Of a DNA stretch of 64,000 nucleotides, positions 39,217 through 52,024 are shown in pieces. The translations under genes and the position numbers were made by a program. The notes beneath the pieces are model-generated. The model did no database searches and was not told the DNA's origin. It saw only the letters and a program-made list of their open reading frames with translations. Numbering within the stretch: position 1 is the stretch's first letter; every line of letters starts with the position of its first letter. The DNA is from Phoronis australis (taxonomy: Eukaryota; Animalia; Phoronida), in NCBI GenBank assembly GCA_002633005.1, contig NMRA01000146.1, positions 85,640 to 149,639 on the forward strand. Direction: 5' to 3'.

Positions 39217-40119
39217 ATGCATGTTCGGCTTTATGTTGGCTTAGACATGTATATGTATATGTTGAGAGGCTTAATGTGATATAAATCCATGGATGCACTT
39301 AGTTTTCAGCGATCATTTTAAAATGCAGCGATCTCGAATATACACACTGTAAGGGCGCAGGCATGTGTTGGAAAATTAGACTATAACTTTTGGATACAAG
39401 GTAAGTCATAGTTCTGCCAACGAACTTTTACCACGGTAAACGTCTGCCAGAATTAATAAGATGTTGAACTGCCGCAACTGTCAAGATGTTAAAACATGTC
39501 TGTGATGTGAGTCCATGCTAAAAGCATTCCCTAAAAATATTGCATAACTAACAAAAAGGAACAGTTCCGCTCTGTTGAAAAGTTCCACTGACGGATCTTG
39601 CAAGTCACATCAGAAACCTCAACGACACCTTTTGAAAGAAATTATAGCATAAACCCTACAAAGAACATGTCGGTAGCGTTTAATTCTATCCTTTTTGTAG
39701 CGCCATGGCAGGGTTAGAGATTTGGCTAAGGTTACATTAAATCCAGCTATGAGTTTAAACATGGACTGCGCAAATGAATAAATATTTAGTTTGGTGAAAA
39801 GAATAAATATAAAACCCTCGAGGAAACGTCACTGGCTCCTGAAAAACGGAATTTGCGATTTCTCTTTAGAACCATACATGTACATGTACGTGTATGTCAA
39901 TGTTTTGGTTCAGTTACGGCTTTATTCAGCCAGAATGGGTATCGGATTCATATAGTATAGAAGTAATACAGTACTGCCTAGTGTTTCTACATATGTCCAT
40001 AATTACGAAGACGGAACGACAATTTCGAAAAGAGCCTGAGTGCTTGGCACTGTGCCCGAGCCTTTTCCTGCAACAAAGCCCTGCCTTCTATTGAAGTAGT
40101 CGTTTTATTTTAAACTCAC

Positions 40120-43100
40120 CGTGTTTGTTTTTCTAGCAAATGACATGTCGGTTTTCAGTGCACAACCCTTGAGTCTCGTTACAACGACCATCGGCGCAGA
40201 TGGCGCTGGTACAAATGTCCTCGGGGACAGACTCGTGGAATCCAGGAGCAGTTGGTGTCATCCAAGCTTCTGCTTTGCCATGTAAAGTACTTAACCAGAA
40301 CGCCAAAGATGACATGTTCAGTCTGAAAAGTCCATGAATTTACGAGCAAACTAGCATAAAACATATTGGTATTTGATCTTCATTACCTTCAGTGAATATC
40401 CGTACGTAAGTCGTAGCTATTCACGACATTGCTGTCTGGTTACTCTCGTGGGGTCACTGGCCATCCTTTGTACGTCGCCTGCGAACAGTTTGGCATAACC
40501 GGAATAACTCGACGCCAATTTTGGCGAGCGGAGATGGAAATGGAATGAATGAAAACGGGGGAGGCTCTGAAATAACCAGGGGTGGGGGTGAAGGGTGGGG
40601 GGGGGGGGTGGGCACACGGGTTAGTTTCAATCTGGAGAGAGATTCTTTACAATGAACGGAATGACATCACTCCTTGTGTGCAACCCGTGACTATGCCTGT
40701 GTGAGCAACATACATCATGTATGAACAGAGAGGAAGTCAGAACCATTTTTTCAGTTCAAAAGTTAACACCAGTTTCTAACAAGTATATAAAGGATTTTTG
40801 CGTGCTTTACACATCAGTGTCCCGCGCTAACATATTAAAACAAAAATTGCGATATTCATAACGATTGATAACATTTCAAGATTCCTGACCCCTGTTAAAA
40901 GATATAGTCAGTTACGAGTGCTTTATGAGACTCCTTTCGGGACGATGTCACATTGTTTTGGAAATACTAAAACGTAGTCAGACGACCTCTTTTTCCATAG
41001 ACTCGTTTCCCTAAGTAGCAACTGCAATGAGGCACCATGACTTGCGACCTTACCGAACTGCGCACTATAATTAGTATCTCCGTTCTCGTTTAATGCGAAC
41101 TGAAGATAAGCCTTTATTATTTCATGTACACGTATATTCTGGATTATGCAAACCATTGTTTACTCCTAATTTGCCCTTCATGGTCGCTAAATCCGAGCTA
41201 CAGACTCAAGTATAAAAGTCGCGATTTCGAGTAAAAACTCGGGTTTCGGGTTTAGACTCGAACTTGAGTTTTAATGCTGTGGCCATCAATTGAAAATTTG
41301 AATTAAACAGTAAATGCATTTAAACAACAATATACTCGAGCACAGAATACTAGAAGTTGGTCTTGGGTCCAAACCAAAATAGAGCAGAAAATGTTAAAAA
41401 CAATTTCGAATTTGATTTTTAATCGAACAATTAGATCCAAGGCGCGTATGCCTGTGAATAATCGATGCCAACACTTCGAAGGATTGCCGCCCAAGCAGCT
41501 TCAACTGCATTTCCGGTATACGCGTTTTCGTCATGTCTCATTTTCGGAACATACGTGGACTTCACATTGTGAGCAGAACGTGGACCTACGTAGGATTATA
41601 ACAGCATCTCTCGATTACTTAGTTGTCACCAGTGAAATCGCAGTACGAGTAGACTATCCTACAGAACCATACATGTATGTCTAATACTTCCTAATTAAAC
41701 CACACTCCTGGTCGTCGGGTTGTGCGGCATAAAATATTACATGTCTGGTTAACAAAGGGGTCCTTTATGCACCCTTTGACTTCCTATGTCACATGTGGGC
41801 TTTCAATGTGTTGGATGTAGATGTACAAATCAGCTTTTTCAAAAACAACTTTCTGTTGCTTATTTCATAGACTTCATGTATAGAATATTATTGACAGAAA
41901 TGACATTTCTTATGAATAAATTACGCGCAAAATCCCCTATTGTACGCTCGACTGAGTTTGTATAGTTTCGGTTTCAACACGGAAATAGCCGTTTTCTCTG
42001 AAGGAGCTGACGGTCTGTAACGCAGTTTTTACATAGCTTCATGGACTCCGGGGACCGTTCCATGAAAATTAATTAAGGTAAATTAAAGACTAAAAACTAC
42101 AAATCGTGAAAAAGTTTTTTGTCTTCGTTTGTAATTAAAAACAAAAATTTTAAGTAGTTTTTGGCATACCTCAAAATTAAGGGAGGCGGTGTGTGAAGTA
42201 GGATTTTAAGTACAATCTAGGTCTTGAAATACCAAATGGGAACTAATTTACCGAATACAATTTGGACCTGCTTTATATGAAAACACGCTGATACCCGGGA
42301 AAGATCGTACATGTACCACATATGCAGGTACGACGCACTGTATTGTCTCACTCTACTTTTTGCCGGTTCTTGAATCGAAAGCAGACGATATTCAACACGA
42401 CACCGTCAATATCTTTATCAATCCAGGAAAGTTCATAATCAGAGAAATCGAATCCGTTCAACTGGGCTATGGTGTTTATTAAAAGCCCTTAAGCTGCATT
42501 ATCCAATTACGGGCATACACGTGGGCTATGAGTAGGCCTAACGCGCTTAAATGTAAAAATCGGACTGTCGCTAGGACACCGTTTCAGTATATTACGGGAT
42601 TGGCTGAAAAACTATAGCCTATTTGTTTTGTTTATGGGATCAGTGTTACTTATACAAGGACAAAGCTATTAAAAAAAAAACATCAGAGGGTAGTTTATTA
42701 CATTCCTTATTAAGGTGATAATTGAACCACCCACTGAAATGGTTGTAATCCATCCGGAGGAACGCAGGGGAGTGTTTCGTCGGTCATGAATTGGCAGTTC
42801 GATAATAGCAGTTATGAAATTTTGCGTAGCGAGAATTGATTCGCAGAGGCCTCAATGACGCCATCTTCATTAAGACATTTTACCATCACCCAATAGACGT
42901 GGGTGCGGCAGGTTTTCCCTATCTATTGCTTGGAACGATATAGCAGATTCTGTCTCGTGAGAATTCCACGGGAAGCTCCACCTGTCCCGCATTTATAATC
43001 ATTCAACCCTTCCTCAAGCAGAGAGCGGCACTCGATCCCAAGGGCTTATGGGTTTCTGATAAGTGCCTTTGTTAGTTGAATAGAATTCCTTTCTTCGGAA

Positions 43101-43419
43101 GGACATCTTTTTAGATTTTGAAAAATATCACCGAACTGTGTTCCACAAAAATTTATAGTAATGGTTGTCGTGAAATTTACCGCCTCCGATTCAAATGTGC
43201 CTTAGTCAATATCAAGCGAAATCCATATCAGAAATGATACGTACCTTGTCATCGAACTGATAATGTACTCGATTTCCACGTAGCTGTTCAGGAACACGAT
43301 GTGGCTGTTGCGAACCTCACAATGTCTTTTGGCTTCCTCATAGTTCAACCGTTGCGAAGTAGTAAAAAAACCGTAACAACTCGATCCATTGGAGTTCCAT
43401 CCAATTGGACAAACGTCCC
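40120..43419 (-). pseudogene. C-type lectin domain pseudogene (two exons)
   Basis: Exon 43419-43245 (DVCPIGWNSNGSSCYGFF..NYEEAKRHCEVRNSHIV..) joins in phase 2 to exon 40322-40120 (..AFWLS..C..CTENRHVIC*K). TAG at 40133-40135 lies where ICEK is expected. Confidence 0.8.
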
Positions 43420-46086
43420 CTGTGAATGGTACACATTTTGAAAGACTTATTGCTTACTTTTTAGAACTATGGTATTGATAATACCAAGACATCTTAGATC
43501 AGGAAATCTTTTAAAAAAGAAAGCAACCCTGTTTCGGTTTGTTTCACATATACAGTATTAATTACGAATTTCCCATCCAGGATTCCAAAACAAAGTAATG
43601 CTTTAATACAAAGGCCAGGCTTAAAAAGATTGGAGCAATATTTTGAAAAGCCCAGGAAGTCCGTAAAACAGGCAAACATTCTTTAAACGTAAGGCGACTG
43701 ACACGACAACGGCTGCGAAAAGAACGCCACCAACTGATGAGTCACCCCAGTTTATGTATTTTTGGTTGAATCTTGCTTTCATCGGTAAACTGAGATGCCA
43801 ATGGTGAATTGGCATGGGACAGAACGAGGATCGGTTGAGAGCATGAGAACAAGATATCGTATCCTTTAAACTCAAAAATATAAGTCACGTGGTCTAGCAG
43901 CGGTATCTAGTCACTGCAGATCTTGACAAGCGATCACTGAAGAAGTGCACGGGGCCCTCTCCGTCTGTGTAACATTTTGACAACCTCAGGTGTTGCTAAA
44001 CTGATCACCAAGAAGTGTGAAACGACAAGCATGCTGTAACAATCAAATTGATATCTCAGGAAGTTTTGTTCTCCGGTTAAAGTAAAATTAAGGAAAAGAG
44101 TAGGAGTAATGAAAGTACATGTACGAGCTATTCCATACAGTGAATCACTAATCTAAGATAAACCTGACCACAGCCACCTGAAGGCATTTTCAGAATCATA
44201 AAGCCTATCGTTTTCTGTCAAGAGCACAAGATGTCTTAGGTTGCCAAACCTGCTGAGTCTCAAGAGAATTTTTCTAAAACCTATGGTCAAGGGTTGTGAG
44301 AAATCTAGATCCTTGAGGGACACACATATGTAGATTTTTAGAAAAACTAATACAGTGTACATGTATACTTAATTGTAAACCTGTCGCAGTATTGTTATTC
44401 AGGGAAATGGATGCATTTCAACCCGACGCCGATAGATTCATTTGAAAGAATACGGCGCTCTGTCATTTAAATAGTTTTAAGTGTTCAAATGAAAATGGCC
44501 AAATAGTGTTAGGTGGAATGACTTTTACTCATGACTGTTAAAAAAAAGCTTGGAACAGTAATGATAAGCCAGACCAAGTCAAAATCTTGAGCAATGATCC
44601 GATCTATAACGAAATTGCTTGTTCTTTCCAAACCTAAAAACGCGTCTACGAAAACCCGTCAGTTCTTAGGGAGCTCAGGAATCAGTTGTCAACTGAATGG
44701 TAGCGAGTTGACTGAGACCAGAGTTGGGTTCATTAACTCTGTCGCGGCAAGAAAATATTAACCAAAATTACGTGCTCTCATTGAAATTACACGGATATTG
44801 TCGATATATCGTGAAATATTGCTTCTCTATGCTTACTAATTCCAACCCAGTTTTTTAACGGTAAGTTCGCATAGCCACGATATACTTTTTGACATTCGAT
44901 TGTTTAACATCAGAAGATGTTCACATTTAATCACGTGAATTTACGTTACGTACCAACAACGCAACCAAACTCCAAGTGGTTGACTTTGCTTCTGTAAAGC
45001 AACCTGTCGTCATATCCGGAAATCTGGTCCGTCCACGTGTTAGGCCTAAGGCGGCAGGACTGAACACTGTACAAAAAGTTGCTCGATCTGGTGTCCTCAA
45101 ACATGCTTGAACACATTGCAGTTCACTTACTGTAGTTTCTTTACTACCATTGGCTTTTCTAGGGAGGGTGACGATACGACCTTCCAGTGAGACGATTTGA
45201 AGTTGTTCCCCAGCTGAGCGATTGCAGAGCTCTGAAAGAAGCTTCGATTTTTGACTTTCAAGCCGACATCAGGGAATGCATGAACGGATCTGAGGCTATT
45301 TTTTAGCAAATTTCGCTGTACCTGGGCCTTCACAAGCAATCCGTGACGTCAGCTTGTGAGGCCCGGGAACCAGGTTAATTTCGCACGTGTTAGTCAGGTC
45401 GTAGATAAGGCCGCAGACACGTTATTGGGAAGGCGACACCACGTTTTAAGACAAACAAAAACTTTTCAACTGAGGTAATAGTGACACTTGTTCTTATTCA
45501 TACTGCTTACTTGCCTCTTAATGAACTTTATGCTGATTAAATTTGAAGTTAAGACCGTTTTAACTAAGACCTAGCTAACAGGCCTCTGGTATACAAGTAT
45601 TCTGTCTGTGTTGGGCAAATACCACCTTCCTTGAAAATATAATTTGTTTCATTTCCAGTGCTGTACTGGTGAAATAAGAGGTAACTAGGCGCCCAAAGCT
45701 CACCGTACCACCTTGAACACTGAACGTACGGTGCGTAGACGCTACGTTCAAATGCCAAAAAGTGGTTGGCTGCACCTACGTGAGCCTACGCCCCACTACA
45801 ACACTGGTCTATTTCCGAACATTTAGGCAGGGCATCCAACACCCAGATTTCACATTCCCTCGCATTTCCGTTGTATCATTTATGATCAGAGTCCATGACA
45901 ATTACGAGTCATGTGATTGGTTTCCCCTGCACATATTGTATACAAATCCCCATGTTTTTTCTAATTCATATTTCGTTAAATTTGCCAAAACTATGCCGTG
46001 ATTGTACATGTAGGTATACGAGATTTTCCTGTCATGTGAATAAATAATGTAAAGGGTTACCAATAACCGCAAACGTTTTCAGTCAG

Positions 46087-46488
46087 TACGCCACCTGTTG
46101 GCCGTATCATGTGAACTAATTATTATCGATCTGGAGTCGAATCTGGGACCTTCTCCTAACGTGTAGGCGCTGCTCTCCACTGAACCATCGCAATCACTAG
46201 TCAAATATCGACACCTAGTCGAACGTAGTAGTGGGTTTCTCGCCCTTGAACTCCGGTTTGCGATTTACATTTCCACGCGGGCTAAGAAGTGTATACATTT
46301 ACATACAATCGGGAGTTCATGGGCCAGATGCTGACTACTAAGTCTGATTAGATTTCCGGTTCGGTGGTGCTGATGACTCAGTGGACTCGAGCGCCTGCAA
46401 GATTATCAGGAGGTCCCGGGTTTAAGTCTTCATTGGGGCAGAAATCTTAAATTCATAAGGTCACGTGATATGGCGAACAGGTGGCGTA
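46087..46488. mobile_element. Foldback element with ~29-bp TIRs and two inverted tRNA-like arms
   Basis: TACGCCACCTGTTGGCCGTATCATGTGA / TCACGTGATATGGCGAACAGGTGGCGTA. A/B-box-like arms at ~46131-46190 (-) and ~46372-46430 (+). Confidence 0.6.
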
Positions 46489-46871
46489 TTTTGCAATTTA
46501 TATTTCCACGCCCGTTTAAAAGTTATGTATTTATATAGTTACCGTTAATATGTTTTTTTTTTCTCGACTCGACACACATTTCTCAAGCAACTGGTGCGTT
46601 GGCAGGCTTGTGGCAATGATCTCAGCTCGGGTTTAAAGTGTAAATTGCAAGGTCTCAACCAATCTGAACAACAATATGCTCTAAATTCATGTTTATAATT
46701 ATTATTGCTATATTCTTAACATTAACTGAATTGTACGTCGCTATAAAAAGTTATTTACATATTTGTTGCCGTGGCGTTGTAACGCCATTGTTGTAACGGA
46801 AAATAGAAACGGCGCCATTTTCCTTCGTTACACATCTGTGACGTGGTGTTGGGGAACACAAAGAAAACAAT

Positions 46872-47141
46872 ATGGATCCCAGTGAGTACAGCAGCGTAGA
46901 TGAAGAATATTTTGAAAGATACAGGGAGGGTCAGGTGGAGTTTTCAGACGATTCTGACGTTTCGGATGTGGAGGAGGAGGCGACAGACCCCATAGGAACC
47001 GTTGAATTTGTGCTCACACCTTCTCTCTAGTAGAACCGTTTCCCTTGCTCCGGTTGTCGACGATCCAGCCCCAGCCGGTTCGTGCAGTGAATATCAACGG
47101 GCAGAAGGTGCGCAGGAGTTGCGACAGAATGTTAGTGACTG
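46872..47141 (+). pseudogene. KolX exon 1 (acidic N-terminus, disrupted)
   Basis: MDPSEYSSVDEEYFERY...SDVSDVEEEA, with stops/frameshift near 47025-47035. Donor TG|GTAAG supplies the Trp codon with exon 2. Confidence 0.65.
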
Positions 47142-47359
47142 GTAAGAATATTATAAATATGCATCATACTACCGCGAATTACTACTTGGTCTTTTTTAAT
47201 TTTAAGTTCAGTAGCTTTACCGGTCACTCCCAGGCGCTCTCGTCCCCACTGATGAATCATTTTTCAGCCGTGGATAAGTACCAGTTTCAGTGATAAAAAA
47301 TGGGACTCGTTGCACTTACGCAAATCACTCAACAATGTGTGGTCTTTCATTATTTGTAG

Positions 47360-47560
47360 ACAGTGGCGCATTGGTTTGGGCCCCGGACTCTTGTTTGTGA
47401 GACTCGGGTTCGAATCCTGGCTTTCACTGGCAGACAATTGGGCATTGTACGAAGTTGTCTCCTACTCCCCTGAGCTCAGTCTTACTAGTGAGTGAATAAA
47501 TGTATGCATGGGAAAGAATGAGAACCACCTCCCAATACTCAACTGTGTAGTGTAAACAAG
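47360..47560 (+). mobile_element. tRNA-derived SINE-like insertion in the KolX intron
   Basis: A-box-like GTGGCGCATTGG and B-box GGTTCGAATCC, followed by a non-tRNA body. Confidence 0.55.
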
Positions 47561-48263
47561 AGGAAAAAAGAATTGCAATTTTGCAACTTAGACTTTCTTA
47601 CCTGGGGGCCGGAGGGAATTCCATGGGTTATAAAACAGGTCACTTCATTTTCATACTCTAGGGCCAAGTCAACTTGGACCCAGAGCAATGTACACACGTT
47701 TTTCTAACCAGGTTTAGTTTGTGTAAGTCAATGCTTTCATGCCTATGTACCTAATGTTGCTGTTATTTGTGAAAATTGGTACATGGCTTGGGTGCGAGTT
47801 GACTTGGGAAGGAACCGTCTGGTAAAGTTTCTAAAGAGTATAGAAGGCATCGGATATTGAGAAGTTTTTAAAAATGTTTACTGTAATATTCACGATTATT
47901 AACAAAACAGACCCCTCCATCAATGAATCAGGTGTCAGCAAATCAAACTAAGTATGTCCATTCCTATATATATATCCCCCAGGCATGATCTGCCACTGCC
48001 CTGGGTGTAGCAGTATTCATTTGTATGAAAAGTAAATATCTTTACTATTTATGTGATGTTTCAAAGCTTGTTTTTTGGAATTTAGTTTCATTTTTGTTCT
48101 GTTTTAAACAGGTCGCTGCTCAACAATCAGTCTTCTCGAAAACTGAGGTCATTGCAAACCCTCAATTAATTTGGCCGAGACACTCTTGGTAAATCAGTAA
48201 TTTTTTCAATTCGACATTTTGATGTTTACTAAAGTAATGTATACATATTGTCACATCTTGCAG

Positions 48264-48672
48264 GTGCACGTGTGACAACTGTCAGACTACTGCAGTCATT
48301 GAAGAAAGAGTATGTTGTCAAGAAGTCGACAAAGTTATTGCTAAACTTGAGGACGAAATGAAGAGGGACAACTTAAACGGAAGAAAAAAATGTATCGTGT
48401 ACCATGGAAGTTTTCAACCTGTGTGCATCAATCGTGATGTTTTGGAGACTGCATGGTTGCAGTATAAAAGCCAATATCCGGATGGCTATGACGGACCCTT
48501 TGATAAAAGGATGCGACACATAGCCTACAGACAGTTCCAAAGATGGGTGCATGGTCACCTAGGACGAACTGTCCGTGTTGTAATTCCAGCATGCGCAGTA
48601 GCCTGCATCAGAGCTTTTTACCCTCCACCGGGAAATGAGGAGGACTTTGAGTTTCAAGGGTTTTCTTATTAG
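48264..48672 (+). CDS. KolX exon 2: P2X7 ballast/Nanor-like Cys-rich domain (open frame)
   Basis: W|CTCDNC..EERVCCQE..CIVYHGSFQPVCINRDVL..RHIAYRQFQRWVHGHLGRTVRVVIPACAVACIRAFYP..FQGF*, the characteristic motif set. Acceptor TTGCAG|. Confidence 0.85.
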
Positions 48673-49972
48673 TTTCATTTATGTATATATATATCGAGTT
48701 GTCTTATCCCTGGAATGCCAACTCCAGCTCATTACCTAAGTACTCTATTACTAAAACTTGTGACTCGGGGAGTATCTACTTTGGACGAGTTGAAATAAGT
48801 GACAAGTTCCATAGAGAGAACAAATATCCTAACAAACGAATGCAATCACAGCGCAATCTCAGTGGTACAAAAATGAAGTTGGCATTCCATGATGGATTTC
48901 TGTGTTTTCAGAATGGTAAACAATTGACAAAGAAAGTAGCATATATTGATGTTCAGGAACTTATAGTGACATGGTCATGACAAGTGTAATGTTACTAGAA
49001 CTACATTATAAACCTCTAAACTCAACATCAGTTATGGTTTACTTAGGAATTGGTCTCACTGGAGTTGTTAGTGAGTTTCAAGTGAACACATTCAACAATA
49101 TTGCTGTTACATAAAAATCTGGACTATTGTCTGAGGTAGAGACTGAATCTCCTGCCCTCTTCTTATACAGTAGGACTCGTTACATTGGTAGTGCTTCATT
49201 GGAAACTAGAAAGGCTAGCATGCATTAATTCCTGTAACGCCTCCAAGTAACTTTGACTTCGATGAAATATCTGTCTCACTGGCTCCAACTTACCGAGTTC
49301 TACTGTAATTCAACAAGACATTAACTACCATGACGTGGCAAAGTACTGAATTTCCACCCAAAAGCTACAGTATGCAATAGCTTCAGATGTCTATGACATG
49401 GTATAAAACACACAAAATTATACACATGTATAGGAAGTGAGAAATCTGGAGAGAGTGCTTGGACCACTCGCAAAAAAACTCGCAAGAAAATGTTAGACAG
49501 TAGAGTTGGGATTCTGTGCAAATGATTATTCTGTCGTACAATTTGAATGATATTGGCAGACACGAGAAGACTGACGACCCATGTATATTTTCATCACTAC
49601 CAATGTTTTAGGGTTTTTTTTTTAAAGCTGTACAGATAGCAATGCTAGAGTATTTATAGTACCAGTATTGGAAATCGTGAAACACTTTTGAGCGTGCCAT
49701 ATGGCTGTCCGCTTTGTATAAACCCTGCGACATACTATGTTCTAACATTGAAACATTTCAATGTTACTTCAATATAATGACTATAAATATTGTGGCATAG
49801 CTTTTAGGTTTATTTGATTAACAGTAAACTGTTGCCGTCCCATATAATGCATCGGTAAGGGGGCGAAAAGGTACCTGTGTGGGTCGTCAGTCTTTTCGTG
49901 CCCCAATATCATTCATTGTCATGTATGTGATGGAAAGAAATATCAGTACTGTCCATTGACAAAACAAGCAGT

Positions 49973-50155
49973 CTAATTGAATTTGTCTGGATATCGGCTC
50001 CTCATCCGTGCCACGGCCTCCTCCTTGGACACGTCTGGAGCACCAGCACTCAGCATTGGAGGGGCGTCAATTTCCAAACAAATTTCGAGGTCACTGGCTT
50101 CTCTTTTATTTCGCAACAAGTGTAACGTATTCTTCCTTACTTCGTTCACATACTC
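49973..50155 (-). pseudogene. Kolobok transposase terminal exon
   Basis: YVNEVRKNTLHLL...PPMLSAGAPDVSKEEAVARMRSRYPDKFN* resembles Kolobok C-termini (PPxL..KEE..SR). Acceptor TTTTCAG upstream. Confidence 0.6.
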
Positions 50156-51092
50156 TGAAAAGCACAACTGCAATTTAAAGTAAAAATCATTTTGAATCAA
50201 TGATTTAAGTTAAACACGACGTCACCTAAGTGCAAGTTTTCGCCTACTTTTATAACCTTCAAGCAAAGGCCAAAACCAGAGTTAACCCTGTTTTATTTTT
50301 GAAGCAGGTTACTTTAATAATCAAAACCGTGCAACTTAAGTACCATCGTTAGAACAGTTCAAACTTTTGTCAGCACACCACCATCTATTACTTGGTTGAC
50401 AAAACCCCACAAAGAACCTCCTGATGCTCAAATACAGTGGTCTCTGAAGCGCACCATAGCCTCGTAGGGGGCTGGGGGGGGGCGGTAGTAATAGCCGAGA
50501 TTATCCGACTCAGGAATCGAACCCACGACCCCCATAAAACCGGCAAGCGTGCTAACCATTCAGCTAATAGGCAATTTCCCATTAGCGAGTAGCTAACAGA
50601 GGCTCATATGATTCACCGGAAGCACATCTACAACAGGGCTATAGTACATGTATGTAGTTACTTCAGAGCTGGGCCGCCCATCGGCATGGGCGGTGTGCAC
50701 CATAGGGGGCTGATGGTATTGTCCCCCCAAGTGCTGCTCTCCCCATAGTACCAGGTGTATATCTCCACTCTAATTTGGCTGAAGACAATGATTCTCAAAA
50801 ATATGATACCCTAAATGATCCTTACTGACTTCGCGTGACTTGACTTTGAGAACCATCAGCAAATGAAATTGCATTGGGTCAACATGATGCTCAACTAGCG
50901 CTGCTACACACACAACACCAAGAACAGTTGAATCAACAAATAGCCTACTGGGCAACATTCCAAAGAAATACCACCGGCAACACTCAGCAATTGTTGACCG
51001 CGAGAACTATGGTGATTGCGAAAAAAGATCGTTATAGTTCAAGCACTGAGAAAGCGTCATGGATATAAGCCATAAATTATGAAGATAACTTA

Positions 51093-51340
51093 CCTTTTCA
51101 CAAGACCAGCTTCAAACTTCATGATATGTTTGTCGTCGAAGCAGCCGTCCTCAAAGTGGTCGGAGCATATTTCGGCTCCGACAGACTGGCCGACTCGACA
51201 GTCATTTTACAATGACGAGCAGTGCACACGAAAACGTGCCATTTTGCAGCCAGATGCTTGTCTTTGGGAAACCTAAATAGGGTCACGCCTTCCACCTGGC
51301 TGGTGTTAGCACAGTTGGCGCACACACACCGATGTACCAT
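51093..51340 (-). pseudogene. Kolobok transposase THAP exon (frameshifted)
   Basis: MVHRCVCANCAN..VTLFRFPKDKHLAAKW / frameshift / EICSDHFEDGCF, then donor AG|GTAAGT. Confidence 0.85.
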
Positions 51341-51774
51341 GTCTAAATCACGCCAAGATTGAACGCTCCTTGTTCGTCTTCCACTGTTTTGTATGGGCGG
51401 TAAACTGCATTGTGGGATATTGATCTAGTTTGTGTTCCCCAACACCATGTCACGGTGTCAAAGGTCAACTTTTCGCGAATTTTTTTTTAATTTTCGGTTT
51501 TTAACGTAACTACAGACACAATAACATGATAATTGGAAGAAGATATATCCAACTAACAATATCTTGAAAATATTATTACAATTTAACATACTTAGACCTT
51601 GCAATTTACACTTTAAGAACAATTTAACACCTACTAAGAATATTCTCCGTTCCATTCACTAGTTGCATCTTCTTAAAAGTCGACCACAAGGTGACGCTCG
51701 GAAGGCCATTCTCGTTTCTATTTAAACTGCCATAGCTGCAGCGTCCTTAAACTGGTATTCCTGAAACTTAGTAC

Positions 51775-52024
51775 CATGCGCGCACCTAACCCAAAATATA
51801 GGGGGGGGCTCAAATTTTTCGATATGCGGACCTTTCACTGGAAGAAATCAACGAGTACAAAAAAAAACGGAGCCACTAGGTTCAGGCCACGAATTTTGCA
51901 TCCGCGCCGAATTCCCCTGGAATTTGTAGAATTCTCGTCTCGTTTACCCGGACTTTTGTTTCACTGAGGCGGATCTTTTGCCACGTTCGCACCCCCCCCG
52001 AGCCCCCTCCTTGGTGCGCCCATG
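51775..52024. mobile_element. MITE with 5-bp TSD (independent insertion)
   Basis: AGTAC|CATGCGCGCACC...GGTGCGCCCATG|AGTAC; the interior matches 36581-36856. Confidence 0.8.

Larger units (their letters stand above)
46637..51612 (-). mobile_element. Kolobok DNA transposon (~5 kb, transposase core deleted)
   Basis: Perfect 19-bp TIR AGTGTAAATTGCAAGGTCT, with TTAA at 46633-46636 and 51613-51616. Subterminal IR GTGACGTGGTGTTGGGGAACACAAA / TTTGTGTTCCCCAACACCATGTCAC. Convergent KolX (+) and THAP transposase (-). Confidence 0.92.

Noticed and set aside
45127-45790. Short minus-strand ORFs possibly belonging to another decayed extracellular-protein gene
   Set aside because: No motif I can assign and no consistent exon chain.
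47360-47430. tRNA gene candidates (also ~30360-30440, ~50510-50570)
   Set aside because: A/B boxes are present but there is no complete cloverleaf; treated as SINE/repeat-derived.
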